64,000 bases of DNA from Callorhinchus milii. Taxonomy: Eukaryota. Under the pieces are notes generated by a model. That model saw nothing but the letters and a program-made list of their open reading frames with translations, did not search any database and was not told the DNA's origin. This document shows, one piece after another, positions 50,614 through 63,521 of this stretch. The position numbers were made by a program, and so were the translations under genes. Location: positions 744,001-808,000 of the forward strand of contig NW_024704771.1 in assembly GCF_018977255.1 (NCBI RefSeq), written 5' to 3'. Within the stretch, counting starts at the first letter, position 1. Each line of letters begins with the position of its first letter.

Positions 50614-51249
50614 GTTTGTTGTGTTTAAACTGTACATTTCCCTATTCTAAGCTCATATTCCCACCCCGTCCCAGTCAATATATTTTCCAGCCTCAGAAAT
50701 GCACCATAATCTCTACCAGAGCCCCGTGTGTACTGCACAATGTAATGATTTGTCATTCTGGCTCAATGTGGGCAATTGGCTGCCGCGTAACACCCACAAA
50801 ATACACAGTCAATTCACTGTACAGTGTATTCTGTGAAGGGCTTTGAGATGTCTCGAAGACGTGATAAGGCTCTATATCAAGTGAAGGATAATATTGTTCA
50901 TTGGAAGGACTCTTGTTGTTTGGTTTAGAGGGTTGTGGGTTGAAGCCCCACATCAGCACCTGAGCTCATAGTTCAGGCTGATACCACACTCTGTCACTGA
51001 AGGACACTCAGTGTTAGAGGCTGACGTTTGGTGAGACGTGAAAATTGACAGGTTGCACCTGTCTGTTCAGGTGGACATTAAAGATCCCATAAACTGATGG
51101 AGAATGTAGTGTATTGCAGATTAATTGGCCATTCACTTGATGGTACACGTGAGTGATTAGGTGTAAAGTACTGAATGTTTTGATTTGATCAATTGTTACA
51201 AAAGTTCTTTCATTGCATTTGGTGATAACACAGTGTATTATTGTTACAG

Positions 51250-51525
51250 ATCGCAGACGGCTGCCCTTGATTTCCATGGCAGGTTACCAGGACTCGAGGC
51301 TTAAACTCACCTGCAAATCAAAAAGCTGGTATCCCAAACCTCGTGTGGTTTGGTTTGATAGGAGTGGAGCAGAGGTGAAAGCCAAGACTGAAACATGCAC
51401 TCAGGGGTCTGAAGACTGTTGGAAATGTGAAAGTAGCATTGATATAACCAGAGATTCTACAGACAGATTCACGTGTCTGACAGGAAACTTTCTGGAGGAA
51501 AAGAAGGCAAAGATCCAGGTATCAG
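51250..51525 (+). CDS. Gene B IgC exon (276 nt)
   Basis: DRRRLPLISMAGY..LTCKSKSWYPKPRVVW..FTCLTG..KIQVS. Confidence 0.93.
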
Positions 51526-52258
51526 GTCCGTGAAACATTTGGAAAAATATAAACACTTCAATGCAACGTATTACAGTTAATATTGTGATGTGGAACAATC
51601 CACAGCAGCTCCCAATGTTCAATCTGAGGCTTTCATTCTGATTTTCTTTCAGCCACTTTCATCATAGGATAGTTTGCTATTGTAATTACAAATAATGAAT
51701 TACACAACAACAACAACAAGATTACATGTCTATAGCGCCTTTCACGTTGGGAGGATGTCCCAAGGCACTGGACAGTGACAGCAATTCATGTATTATTGAA
51801 ATACATGAATTTAGTGTGTGTGGCTTTTCGCTGTTAGTGTTTCCAGTCAGTTGTGGAGTCCTGTAGCTCAGTGGTTAGAGCCTCACAAGCGAGAGACCTG
51901 GGTTTGATTGTCGGAGACGCTGTCCTTCAGATAAGACGTTGAACCGAGGACTTGTCTGTTCCTGTTCAGGTGGATTTTAAAGTTCCTCTGACACTTTTCA
52001 TGAAGAGAAGGAATTTTCTCTAGGTATCCTGGCCAACAATCCTACAGATAAATTGGTCATTCATTGCATAACTGTTTGTGGACATTGTGTGCGCAAATTT
52101 GCTGCCATGTTTGCGTACAAATAAAAAGTCACTACATATCACTTTAACGCCTGTGAAGCGCTTTTGAGACTTCATACAAATGTGATAAAGTTCTATATCA
52201 AATGAAAGAATGAAAGGGTTATTATTAAATATGATACAAAATGTTCTTTATGTTACAG

Positions 52259-52378
52259 AGGAGCTTTTCCACCGAGACCCAGACTGGATGGTGGCTTTCC
52301 TTGTGGCGTTCAGCCTTGTGCTTGGAGCAGTTGGTGTGTTGGTGTTCTTCTGCAGAAAACGATTGAAAAAAGTTAAAG
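52259..52378 (+). CDS. Gene B transmembrane exon (120 nt)
   Basis: EELFHRDPDWMVAFLVAFSLVLGAVGVLVFFCRKRLKKVK. Confidence 0.92.
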
Positions 52379-52449
52379 GTAATAAATGATTTTAAGTTTC
52401 CCCCAAAATATAATCTTTACTTTCATCCTTTATATAATCCATAACATAG

Positions 52450-53760
52450 TGAGGAGAGCACTGGCAATGTCTGAGCGGCAGGTGATGAAGGCGAGAGTGA
52501 GTGTTTCCGAGGTGTTGGGTGTGAGGTAAGGGCGGAGGCGGGTGATGTGATGGGGGTGAATGAAGGCGGTTTTGATGAGGCAATGCATGTGAGGGAGAAA
52601 GGAAAGCTGGGGATCAAACCACATGCCATGGTTGTCACTGAGAGAATTAGAGAGAGAGGCCGGGGAGGCTGAGGAGCTCAGAGTCAGAAGAGAGGAGGTG
52701 TTGGCAGGAGCCAAAGGTGATGGCTTCAGCCTTATCTAAACAAACAAATTGAGTCGGATCTTGAAGGCGGCATGAGAGGGGGTGAGGTGGGATGCAGTTG
52801 CAGAGGGTGGGGCCAGAGAGGCTGAAGGCTTGCCCACCGATGTTGGGGTAGGCAATGCGGGGAACATGAAGCAGGCCGGAGGATGCTGAGTAGAGGGAGC
52901 GACAGGTTGGTAGGAGGTTATGAGGTCACAGGTAGGGAGTAGCAAGGCTGAGGAGGTGAGGTGAGGATCAGGATCCTATGAGTCATGTGGAGCCGGGCGA
53001 TCATTAGGGTGATAATCTCGCGGTGCATTGCAGGAGAGGACAGAGGCTACAGACTTCTGGACAATCTGCAGCCTGTGGAAGGAGGAGTTGGGGAGGCTGA
53101 CAAGCAGGGAGTTTGTGTAGTTGAGCCTGGATGTGATGAACGTGTGGATGAGGGTCTCGAGAGTAGTGGTAGAGCCGGGCAATGTTGCGGAGGTGGGGAA
53201 TGGTGAAGCGGGTCATGGCAACGATATGGGGTATGAAGGTCTGTTAAGAGTTGAACAGGACACTGAGGTTCCACATTGGCTCCATGATGTGTAGAGTACA
53301 GCCATGAAGGGTGATGCTGTCAGTGCACGAGTTATGGAGGCATTGACAGGAGCAATGCAGGACGGCCTTGGTCAACTGGAGAAAGTTAGCTCTCATCCAG
53401 GACTTGAGGTCTGACAGACATTCTGTGAGGACAGCAGTGATCCTGGAGTCGAGGTGGAGGTGGAGTTGGGTATCATCACATATATGTGGGAGTTGACTCC
53501 ATGTCTATGGATGATGTCACCAAGAGGGATCTATACTGAGTTGGAGGAAATTTTGGCTCATCCAGGCCTTGATATCTCACAATCAACTGGACAGATCATC
53601 AGGGACCTGGGGTCGAGAGTAGATTTCGGGTCATCCACATCCATGTGGGAATTAAGGCCATGTCTGTGGATGATGTTGAGGGACAAAGTGACTGTGTTGG
53701 CCAGTAGTGGGCAGAGGAAGGGCAATTGGGTGGTCAGGAGATGGGTGGGGAGGTTGTTGA
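52450..53760 (-). mobile_element. Rearranged L2 fragments
   Basis: ETLIHTFITSRLNYTNSLLVSLP and FDPQLSF motifs; another 3' piece at 54880-55260. Confidence 0.8.
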
Positions 53761-54360
53761 GGGAGTAGGTGGTGAGCTTTATGTTATGAGAAGGGAGATG
53801 TAGCCGGGGGTATTTTGTTGATTTTTTGTTGTTGAACGTGAAAGGCACAATATAAATATAAGTTTGTTGTTATTATTGTCTATTGTCTCTCACACATAAA
53901 GAGAAGTTGTGGGATAAAAGGCTGGAAATGTTAATCAGATTATGTCTTGTCGTTTCCAAACTGCAGAAGGATTTGCTCACACAGAGGGATGTCAAGATGT
54001 AGAATTCTTTGCCCCAGAAATCTGTGGAGAAGGAATCAATGTGAATTTTTAAATGAGAGACAGAGACTCGGATAGTAGAAATATTTGGGTAAAGAGCAGG
54101 GAATTGGATTTAAAAGATTAAAATTGGTGGAAGAGGCTCATGGGCTGAATTGTCTCCTCCTGTTCCTCTTTTCCATTACTAAAAGCTGATTTCAATGAGA
54201 AGTTACCTGAAGCAAAGCCTTTAGTGCACTGTTATTTTGACTCATATTTAATAAAATATTGTATTAACATTTCTGCTGGATTGTTTCTGTTACATTTAAG
54301 GGAAATGTCCTACAGTTTATTGATGAGGACAACACTGACGATTGTGTTTTTATTTTCCAG

Positions 54361-54396
54361 TTTATGAAAATCTAAAAAAGGGATTTAAAAATCTGG
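54361..54396 (+). CDS. Gene B microexon 1 (36 nt, VYENLKKGFKNL)
   Basis: ttttattttccag| |gtaagt, phase 1-1. Confidence 0.82.
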
Positions 54397-55609
54397 GTAA
54401 GTAACAACATTACAAACATCCCCGAGCCTCAGCCTCCCGAGAGTCAGGTCCTCGGAGACCTACCACAAGCCCTTCCTGTGCTCTCTGGTGACCTCAGCAT
54501 TTACATATACACACACACCCAGACATATGCACACACACCCAGACATATACACACACACCCAGACATATACACACACCCAGACACAAGCACACAAGCACAC
54601 ACACAGAATCACAGAACAACCTGAACTAAACCCATCTCCTGTGGAATAAAGAAACATGTGACAATTCTGTGCAGATGAGGAGAATCTCAGTGTGTTTGAC
54701 TGTAGAGAGAAAGTGAAACTTACACTTTAACACAAATTAAATCATTCTGATACAATGAATGAATTAAAAAACATGATGTAAACGAGTCTATGAATGAGAT
54801 TCCACTCAGTTAGATTCTGTCCAAAATGTGACCTGAAACAACAATTTACATTGATACAACTGCCTCCATGCGCCGGGTCAGGGTGAAAGGGGAGATGACC
54901 GTACACACGGTTAAAGAGGAAGGTCTTCAGGTGCGATGAAAATGGTCAAAGAGTGGGGAGTGAGATGGAGGGATTGAGACAGGGAGTTCTGTGGGTTTGG
55001 TGGTTAGTGGTTGAAGACTTGGCCACCAATGGTGGGGCGGAGGGGAGTCAGGGATGAGCAGAAAGCCAGAGCCGCCCAAATGAAGGGGTGGGTAGAGGAG
55101 TGGGTTGTGAGCAGGTCGGAGAGGTAGGGAGGTGCTGGACATGAGGTGATTTGTCAGTGAGTGTGAGGATCTTGAAATGGATCTGTTCAGTGATAGGGAG
55201 CCGGTGGAGCCCGGCAAGGGCTGGAGTGATGGGGTATGGAGTTTGTTGTGGGTAATGTACCAAATGTTAAGGATTATTACTATTATCATTATTCACTTAT
55301 TGAGATTGTAAATGTCTAATCAGTTTTATCAGTTTCTACAGTGCAAAAAATCCCCATTCTTAATGTGAATTACAACACAAATTGTGAAATAAAAATAGAT
55401 GAGGAAGAAAATCTTATATTTTTGGTTTGTTCACTGGTTTCATTTCCTTCATTTGATGTGAGCACGTATCCTCCTATCACAGTGAGTTTGGAAAGTTTGA
55501 GCTTAAAGGAAAATAAAGAAACTGAATAAAATAAACCAGATAAGTTTGTTAACTTTTTTTTCAAAAATTTAAAATTACATTTTCTAAAACCTTTTCTTTT
55601 GTTTTAAAG

Positions 55610-55636
55610 ATAATGAACTGAAATCTGCCAAACAAG
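55610..55636 (+). CDS. Gene B microexon 2 (27 nt, DNELKSAKQ)
   Basis: cttttcttttgttttaaag| |gtacag. Confidence 0.75.
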
Positions 55637-55814
55637 GTACAGTACATTGTGTTATTGGCACTAAGTGTTTATGATGGAATTCCATCAGTGATGATGTCCC
55701 ATAAGTGAATCAATCAATGACGACTGACTTCAACATTCAAACCGTCTTCACTCAATGACTTTCAGTCTCGTGAGAAACTTTACATTGTTTATCAATATTT
55801 GTTTCTTTCTTTAG

Positions 55815-55841
55815 ACCAAAAATACATGAAAAAAACACTGG
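55815..55841 (+). CDS. Gene B microexon 3 (27 nt, DQKYMKKTL)
   Basis: tttctttctttag| |gtaagt. Confidence 0.82.
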
Positions 55842-56403
55842 GTAAGTTTTAATCTCCTGGAGCGTGAAATAAGTTTCCTTCTCATCGCGCCTCCCCTTGT
55901 TTTAAAGGATGATTCTGGGAAGGGTCAGTGGGAAAGGGAGTTAGTGAGAACTTTGGATAATGATAAGCTGTGAGGTTTCAGCAGGAAAAACATGAGCAAT
56001 TCCCCTCAATCCATCCTCTGTGGACCACAAGCCTTGCTTCTGGCCAACCCATGTCTAAACATTAGTAAACCCGGGAGCATGGCGCTGGGGAGAGGGTTCA
56101 TTCTGTATCAGACAGACACGGAAACTCTATACACAGTTTGTGGAACTCCGAATAGTTTGGTTTGGAGACTCTTAACCCCAGTGATGGGTTTGTGTGTGTG
56201 TCAGACTCTGATCAAAACTAAGTCCATGTGTTTTTTTTAATTGGTGAAAACAAACTCTGATTGGGATTTGGTGAGATCCTGAAGCCTCAGTGCTGAAGGG
56301 TTGTTTATCAGCTGAATCACAAGACTGTGAATAGGTTCAGTGTGTAACAGTGGGGGGTGATTTGTGCAAATAAACAATCAAAAAATATACTGTTCCCTTT
56401 CAG

Positions 56404-56430
56404 AACTGAAAAAACAGTTCACCAAATCAG
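56404..56430 (+). CDS. Gene B microexon 4 (27 nt, ELKKQFTKS)
   Basis: ctgttccctttcag| |gtactt. Confidence 0.75.
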
Positions 56431-57383
56431 GTACTTGATGACTTTATCCTCATTTACTGTTGTTGATGTTATTGATGTAGAATTGTGCTGCTTCTCAAAG
56501 GATCAATTATTATCACCTCTGATAAAGATAATAAATTAAATGTAAGAAATACGATTATATTAAGATTATAAGCAAAGTTTGACGTGAACTTTCAATGTAA
56601 AGGTTCAGTCATCTCACATCTACAAATGTGATCAGTTTGTCAGACTCTGTAACCTGGTGTGATCTGAACCCAGATATTGAGTTACATCGATAGATCACAG
56701 TAGAACAGAAGAAATGCTGAGGAAAAAAGCCCAATATCCATCCAGTTTGCCTTCCACCTTCCTGGCAGTCGCACACAAATATGTCCCAAACTACCTCTGT
56801 ACTATATCCCATAATGTTATTGCCTAAAAGAACATTTCTAATCTGTGTTTGAAAGAATCTACTCAATAATAATAATCCTTGCATTTGATATAGTGCTTTT
56901 CACATCTTCTAGATGTTTCAAAGCGCTTCACACAATGTACAGTAAAGTGAATTTACTGTATATTTGTGAGCGAAATGCTGCAGTCAATTACGCACAGCAG
57001 CGTCCCACAAACAGTCGAGGATTGAAGTGACCAATTTATTATTATTTTCCTTTCTAGAGGGATTATTATCAGGTGTGTGGAGTAAGGAAACTTGCCCATG
57101 GTTTTTCCCTGTGGGAATTGAGCCCAGGTTTCTCGCTTGCAAGGGGAGTGCTCCAACCACTGAGCTGCAGGACTCCACAGTGTCATTGGTGAGATCATAC
57201 TCTAAGTAAAGTCTGGACTCACCAATGACTTTCAAAGTGACCCGATTACCCCACTATTTCCATTTGCTATTGATCTTTTGATATATCCCAACAACAGATT
57301 TCAGAAGTAACATATATTGAAGTCTACAAAAGATGAAATTATAAGCAAAATCTTATTAAATTAAAACTTCTGTTTCTTTCCAG

Positions 57384-57410
57384 AGTGGGAGGTCGTTGAC
57401 AGTTGTAAAT
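57384..57410 (+). CDS. Gene B microexon 5 (27 nt, EWEVVDSCK)
   Basis: ttctgtttctttccag| |gtaagt; resembles gene A EWKRIRSCA. Confidence 0.82.
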
Positions 57411-57416
57411 GTAAGT

Positions 57417-57785
57417 TACCCCACATTACAGGCTGGTTATACACCCCACATTACAGGCTGGTTATACACCCCACATTACAGGCTGGTTATAGACCGCACA
57501 TTACAGGCTGGTTATACACCCCACATTACAGGCTGGTTATACACCCCACATTACAGGCTGGTTATACACCCCACATTACAGGCGGGTTATAGACCCCACA
57601 TTACAGGCTGGTTATACACCCCACATTATAGGCTGGTTATACACCCCACATTACAGGCTGGTTATACACCCCACATTACAGGCTGGTTATACACCCCACA
57701 TTACAGGCTGGTTATACACCCCACATTACAGGCTGGTTATAGACTCCACATTACAGGCTGATTACGGACCCCACATTACAGGCCG
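57417..57785 (+). repeat. 25-bp minisatellite, resuming at 61370-61437 after the L2 insertion
   Basis: Unit ttacaggctggttatacaccccaca. Confidence 0.95.
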
Positions 57786-57789
57786 GCAT

Positions 57790-60700
57790 AGATTAGTTTT
57801 CAGGTGCGTGCGTGCGCACGCAACAAAGAAAAAAAAAAACCTCTGCGCCCCCCCCCCCCCCCCCCCCAGGGTTCACATCAGAGCCCACTATGGTCCTGTT
57901 GCGTTCGCTGCCCCAATCTACGGGATAATGCCATCCACCTGACCGCTCGCTCCCGGTCCCCGCGTGCGCACTATGGCTGCCGCTTTGACCCGAGCCCCCG
58001 AGCCCCCTCCCGCCCCCCTTCTCTCTCCCCCCAAACCCTCCTCCCTCTGCATCTCTCCCGCTCTCTCCTCCTCTCTCTCCGTCCCTCTCGTCTTCTATCC
58101 CCACTTGACCCTCCCACAACCTCCGTCTGCTCCAGTCTGGGAATCCTCCGCCGGGCTCACCGTGGCACTCGGCGTTGGCTGTCCAGCAGCAGCCACACCG
58201 ACTGCCCCATTCTCCACCACACTCGCCACCCACCCCGGGCACAGACCCGGGGAGTCAACCTCTCCTCCCTTAGCCCCATTCCCCCCACCCCAGCCTCACA
58301 ACCTGGACCCCCCTCCCCTCCCACACACCCTTCTGTCAACCGCTCCCTCCACATCGGACTGCAAAATGTCCGCTCCCTCTGCAACAAGGCCCTGGTCATC
58401 AACGATCTCATCCTTGATGAGAACGTTGACATCATGGCATTAACAGAAACCTGGCTCACCCCAGGCGACACCTTCCCCCTCACGGAGGCCACGCCACCCG
58501 GCTACACCTCCCACCACATCCCTCGCCCCAACCGCCGTGGCGGTGGTGTTGCCCTTATCTCAAGGACACCACTTGCCCTATCCCCCTACTCCACTGGCTC
58601 TTTCCCCTCCTTTGAGCACCTCACCCTCTCCCACCCCTCATTCCTCTCCCTTAAAATCCTCCTCCTCTACCGGCCCCCTAAAACCTCTCCCACCTTCATC
58701 TCTGACATTTCAACACTCCTCACATCTCTTTGCCTCTGCTCTGATCGCCTCATCATCCTGGGCGACTTTAACCTACACTTCACCCCCTCCTGCTCCATCT
58801 CCACAGACTTCTCTTCCCTGCTCTCCTCACTCAACCTCTCCTTACACATAAACTCCCCCACTCACAGTCACGGCCACCCACTCGATTTGGTGATCACCCG
58901 GGGCCTCAGTGTCTCGGATGTCACTATTACCGACAAGGCCATCTCTGACCACTACTTCATCTCCTTCACCACCTCCACCCCCCTCCCCACCTCCACCAGA
59001 CCCACCACCATCTTCTACCGCCCTTGGAAGAAGTTACCCCCACAATCCCTAACCGATGCCTTGGAGTCCTCTGAACTCCTCTCCCTCTGGCCTTCAACCC
59101 TCACCGACCCCTCTTCTCCTCTCTCCCTCCTCCACAATACCCTCTCCTCCACACTCGATACTCTTGCCCCCATCACTTCCCGCACTGTCTCCTACTCCCG
59201 CTCCTCCCCCTGGTACACCACCCACCTCCGCTCACTGAAAAGCCAGGTGCGGGCTGCTGAACGCACCTGTGTCAAATCTGGCCTAACGGTCCACCGACAA
59301 ATCTGGCTGGACCTCCTCAAAATTTACCGCTCCACTCTAGCCTCGGCCAAGTCGTCCTTCTACTCCAGGATAATCCTGGAGGCGAAGAACAACCCCAGGC
59401 TACTGTTTTCCACCACAACCCGACTCCTCCGTCCCCCCCGCCACCCCGCGCAGGTCATCTCCTCCAACCTTCACTGCGAGGAGATGCTGGATTTCCTTGA
59501 ATCCAAGATCAAGGGAATCCGCTCCGCGGTCACTTCCCCTCCAACTTCCACCCACCACCCACCCCTTCCCTCCCACACTCCGACTCCTACCCATCCTCCC
59601 CTACACACCTTCGTACCCGTTTCCCCACCCTCTGTCACTGAACTCATCCTATCCCTAAAACCAACCACCTGCTCCCTTGACCCCATCCCCACTCCACTCC
59701 TTATCTCCCAGCTCCACTTTCTTGCCCCACATATCACTGACATCATCAACCTGTCCCTCTCCTCTGGCTCTGTCCCCATTCCATTAAAAACTGCCATCAT
59801 CACGCCCACCCTGAAAAAACCCTCCCTTGATGCGTCGCAGCTATCAAGCTACCGGCCCATCTCCAACCTCCCCTTTCTCTCCAAGGTCTTGGAAAGAGTT
59901 GTCGCCTCCCAACTGCGCTCTTTCCTTTCCACCCATTCTCTTTTCGAACCCCTTCAGTCAGGTTTCCGTGCTGCCCATAGCACAGAAACTGCCCTGGTCA
60001 AGGTCACCAATGATATCCTGACCATCTGTGACCAGGGCTCCCTCTGTCTCCTCGACCTATCGGCAGCATTCGATACGGTCGACCACGCTATCCTACTCCA
60101 CCGCTTGTCCTCCCACCTCAACCTTCAAGGCACTGTCCTTGAATGGTTTAGGTCGTACCTTTCTCACCGTCTTCACTTTGTCTCGACGAATGGCTTCTCC
60201 TCCACCCCCCGTACTGTCTCATGTGGTGTCCCTCAGGGCTCTGTCCTTGGTCCCCTCCTCTTCACCCTCTATATGCTCCCCCTTGGTGACATCATCCGCA
60301 GACATGGAGTTAACTTCCACATGTATGCGGATGACACCCAACTCTACCTTTCCTCCTCTACTCTCAACTCCACGACCACCGATGTCCTGACAGCTGCCTG
60401 TCCGACATCGAGTCCTGGACGAGAGACAACTTTCTTCAGCTCAACGTGCGAAAAACCGAGGCCCTCCTGATTGGCTCACGTCAGCGCCTCCGCACCTCAG
60501 GCGCTGACACCATCAGCATCCAAGGCTGCACTCTCCACCTCTCAAAGCCAGTCAGGAACCTCGGCGTTTTGTTCGACCCTGAGCTGTCCTTTCTCCCTCA
60601 CATCCGCACCACAACTGGCACCGCCTTCCATCACCTCCGGAACATCGCCAGACTACGGCATTACCTCACCCCTCACGCTGCTGAAACCCTGGTTCACGCC

Positions 60701-61369
60701 TTTGTCACCTCAAGGCTGGACTATGGGAACTCTCTCCTCGCCGGCCTTCCCGCCACCTCCCTCCACAAGCTGCAGGTCATTCAGAACTCTGCAGCTCGTG
60801 TACTGTCCCGCACCAGGCTTCGGGACCACATCACTCCCACCCTCGCTCGCCTCCACTGGCTCCCCATCCCCCAGAGGATTGATTTCAAGATCCTCATCCT
60901 CACCTACAAGGCCATTCACGGCCTCGCTCCCTCCTACCTCTCCAACCTACTATCCCCCTACCTACCTGCCCGTACCCTCCGTTCCTCTGGCTCTGGTCTG
61001 CTCCACGTCCCCCGCCCCAACCGCCCTACCATCGGTGGTCGGGCCTTCAGCCTCTCAGCCCCCAGGCTCTGGAACTCCATCACCCAGTGCCTTCGCCGCT
61101 TCCTCCCTTTCCTCCTTCAAGGCCGGTCTCAAAACCTTTTTCTTTGACCGTGCCTTCAGCTCCCCTCTCGACGCTCTACCCCCTCCTCGCTCCCTCCCTT
61201 TCCTCTCCTCACCCTGACCATTTCCCCCCTCCTCGCTCCCTCCCTTCCCTCCCCTCACCCTGACCATTTCCCCCCTGCTCGGGTCATGACCCAACTGTGC
61301 AGCGCCTTGGGACGTCCTCCTGACGTGAAAGGCGCTTTATAAATGGAATCTTGTTGTTGTTGTTGTTGT
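57790..61369 (+). mobile_element. Near-intact L2-clade LINE (APE endonuclease + reverse transcriptase)
   Basis: Frame open from 57804: [37 protein letters not shown], then [10 protein letters not shown] and YADD (60324-60335). 1-nt frameshift near 60393, continuing in 60446-61147; (TTG)n tail at 61351-61369. Confidence 0.95.
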
Positions 61370-61685
61370 GGTTATAGACCCCACATTACAGGCTGGTTAT
61401 AGACCCCACATTACAGGCTGGTTATAGACCCCACATTGTCAGTGTGCGGAGGAAGTTGCTCTAATTGACGATGTGTAGAAATTATCAGCAAAATGCAGGT
61501 TCATCAATTGATTAACAAAATATCGCTCATAACCTAATTTTCAGTCTAATTTCCAGTTGTGTAAAGTGCACACATCACACTGTAGATGTGTACCCAATAA
61601 ATACTGTATGTGTGATAGGACGGGTGGGTGTAGCAGAGACGGTTGTGTCAAGTGGACTCACTGATAAACTTGTGTTTTCTCTCAG

Positions 61686-61712
61686 GCTGCAAGGATCTTC
61701 TCGTGGGGTTTG
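61686..61712 (+). CDS. Gene B microexon 6 (27 nt, CCKDLLVGF)
   Basis: tgtgttttctctcag| |gtaaga. Confidence 0.78.
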
Positions 61713-62188
61713 GTAAGAGACTTGATTTAATACAATGCTTCATCACTTCGTTGAGACGTCTCAAAGCGCTTCACAGAATATACTGCAAGGAGAATTGACT
61801 ATATTTTCTGGGCAAATCGCGGCTGCTAATTGCACACAGACAGCAGTGTCACACAAACAGTCATGAATAAATCACCAAATTACTATTTTTGGGAAAGGAA
61901 TTATTACCCCCGGAAAGAGATCCACTAATCGACTAACAAGCGGGTTCCTACTTCCTGCGAGGTAAACAGAGACAAGTGGAGTAAGGAAACTTGCCCAACG
62001 TTTCACCCTACCAGGAACCAAACCCAGTTCCTCTCTTTCTTCCAAGGCGAGTGCTCTAACCACTGAGCTAAAGGACTGGAATATTAATGCAATAAAGAAA
62101 ATGATTGTGTAATGACGCATAAACACAACTGTATAAAACAATCTCAATTGAACAAATTGATTCTAACTAAATTTTCTTTCATTTCCAG

Positions 62189-62215
62189 TCAAGGCCAGAA
62201 TCCACAACTATGCAG
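62189..62215 (+). CDS. Gene B microexon 7 (27 nt, VKARIHNYA)
   Basis: ttttctttcatttccag| |gtaaga. Confidence 0.82.
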
Positions 62216-63290
62216 GTAAGACATTAATATAGTATAAATGATACAATTCAGAACTGCTCAGATCCCACCCCAGATTTAGCACAAAGATGTACAGACAGAA
62301 GGTCCCAGTCTGGTCTGTGCTGAGGTATCTGATCTCAGTCGGGGAGGGAGGGGGCTCTACACATGGCCTCAGGGCCCGGATATGGATAGACAATAAGCCA
62401 AAGTCACTGTTCCTCATCACATTCAGGGATTCCCCCCCACTCCCATCCCAGCCTTTCTGTAAATACCGGGTGAGGAGAGGATCAGGCTGTGATGCCCTCA
62501 ATGGTTGAATAGCCAACCAACACTGGCTGTCCAGGCTCCCACATGAACAAGTCACTAAAGACAGCTACATGCCAGACACAGTGAGTGTCAGCACTGAGCC
62601 CGACTCCTGCTCATCGCCCTCTGCACGGTCACTAAAGCTGAGATGACATGTTGAGGTTGTAGAGATGTCAGTCCAATCCTGTGCCCCAGGCGCTGGGCAC
62701 AACAGCTGTTAGTGTGTGACTGGAGAATGGTATGTGACTGTACCTGGGGAAGTTTCTGATAGACCAAATACTACATACACTGTTATTGTATTTACTACAT
62801 TACTTAGTGTCATCCACACTGTCATCTGTCGTAAAATACTCACTTTATATTGTGTGAAGGAATCGGATTACTGACCAATAACAGTCAGTTGTCATGACTG
62901 GATGCTCATGTGATGTCCTCGTGTGAGTCCCTCTTGACTCAGGACATCAGTGTGTTTCAACTAACGATGACCACATTATGGTGACATGGTGTTTGTCCAC
63001 AGCAAACTCTGATCTTGTTGCCTGATCAGCAGCCCATATATTTATATATAACTGACCCCCCCTCCCCCCCCCCGATCAATCAACCTGTCCACTCAGTTTC
63101 AAGATCTAGATTAGTCCACATCGCCTCTCGCAGAGGGACACCGCACCCAAATAACACCCAGACCTCACCTACACCAAACCTATACCACCCAAACCACAAC
63201 TACAGCACACCCAGACCTCATACAGACCACACAGGGCACACAGCTACATGTCTTAATGATAACAGCTGACAACATTCTGCTTTCTTACAG

Positions 63291-63317
63291 GTTACGAGGA
63301 GGTTCTCACAGAATTAG
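63291..63317 (+). CDS. Gene B microexon 8 (27 nt, GYEEVLTEL)
   Basis: ttctgctttcttacag| |gtaagg. Confidence 0.8.
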   Translation, partial: VTRRFSQN

Positions 63318-63521
63318 GTAAGGTATTTGGGTCAGTTTGATAAACAGCCATTCTGTCACTCCCCTTTCCCCAAATAAATGTTAAAATATATTAATGGGGA
63401 GGGGGAGCGAGGAGGGGAATATAAAGCAGTTTGGGGAACAGAGAAAATGTGACTGGCAAAACCGTATAAAACCATCCTCATCAAATAAATCTATACCAAC
63501 TGAACTTCCTTTATTTTACAG

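Noticed and set aside
55342-55364. Extra 23-nt AG/GT segment in gene B
   Set aside because: Not a multiple of 3, breaks the phase-1 pattern, and has a weak donor.
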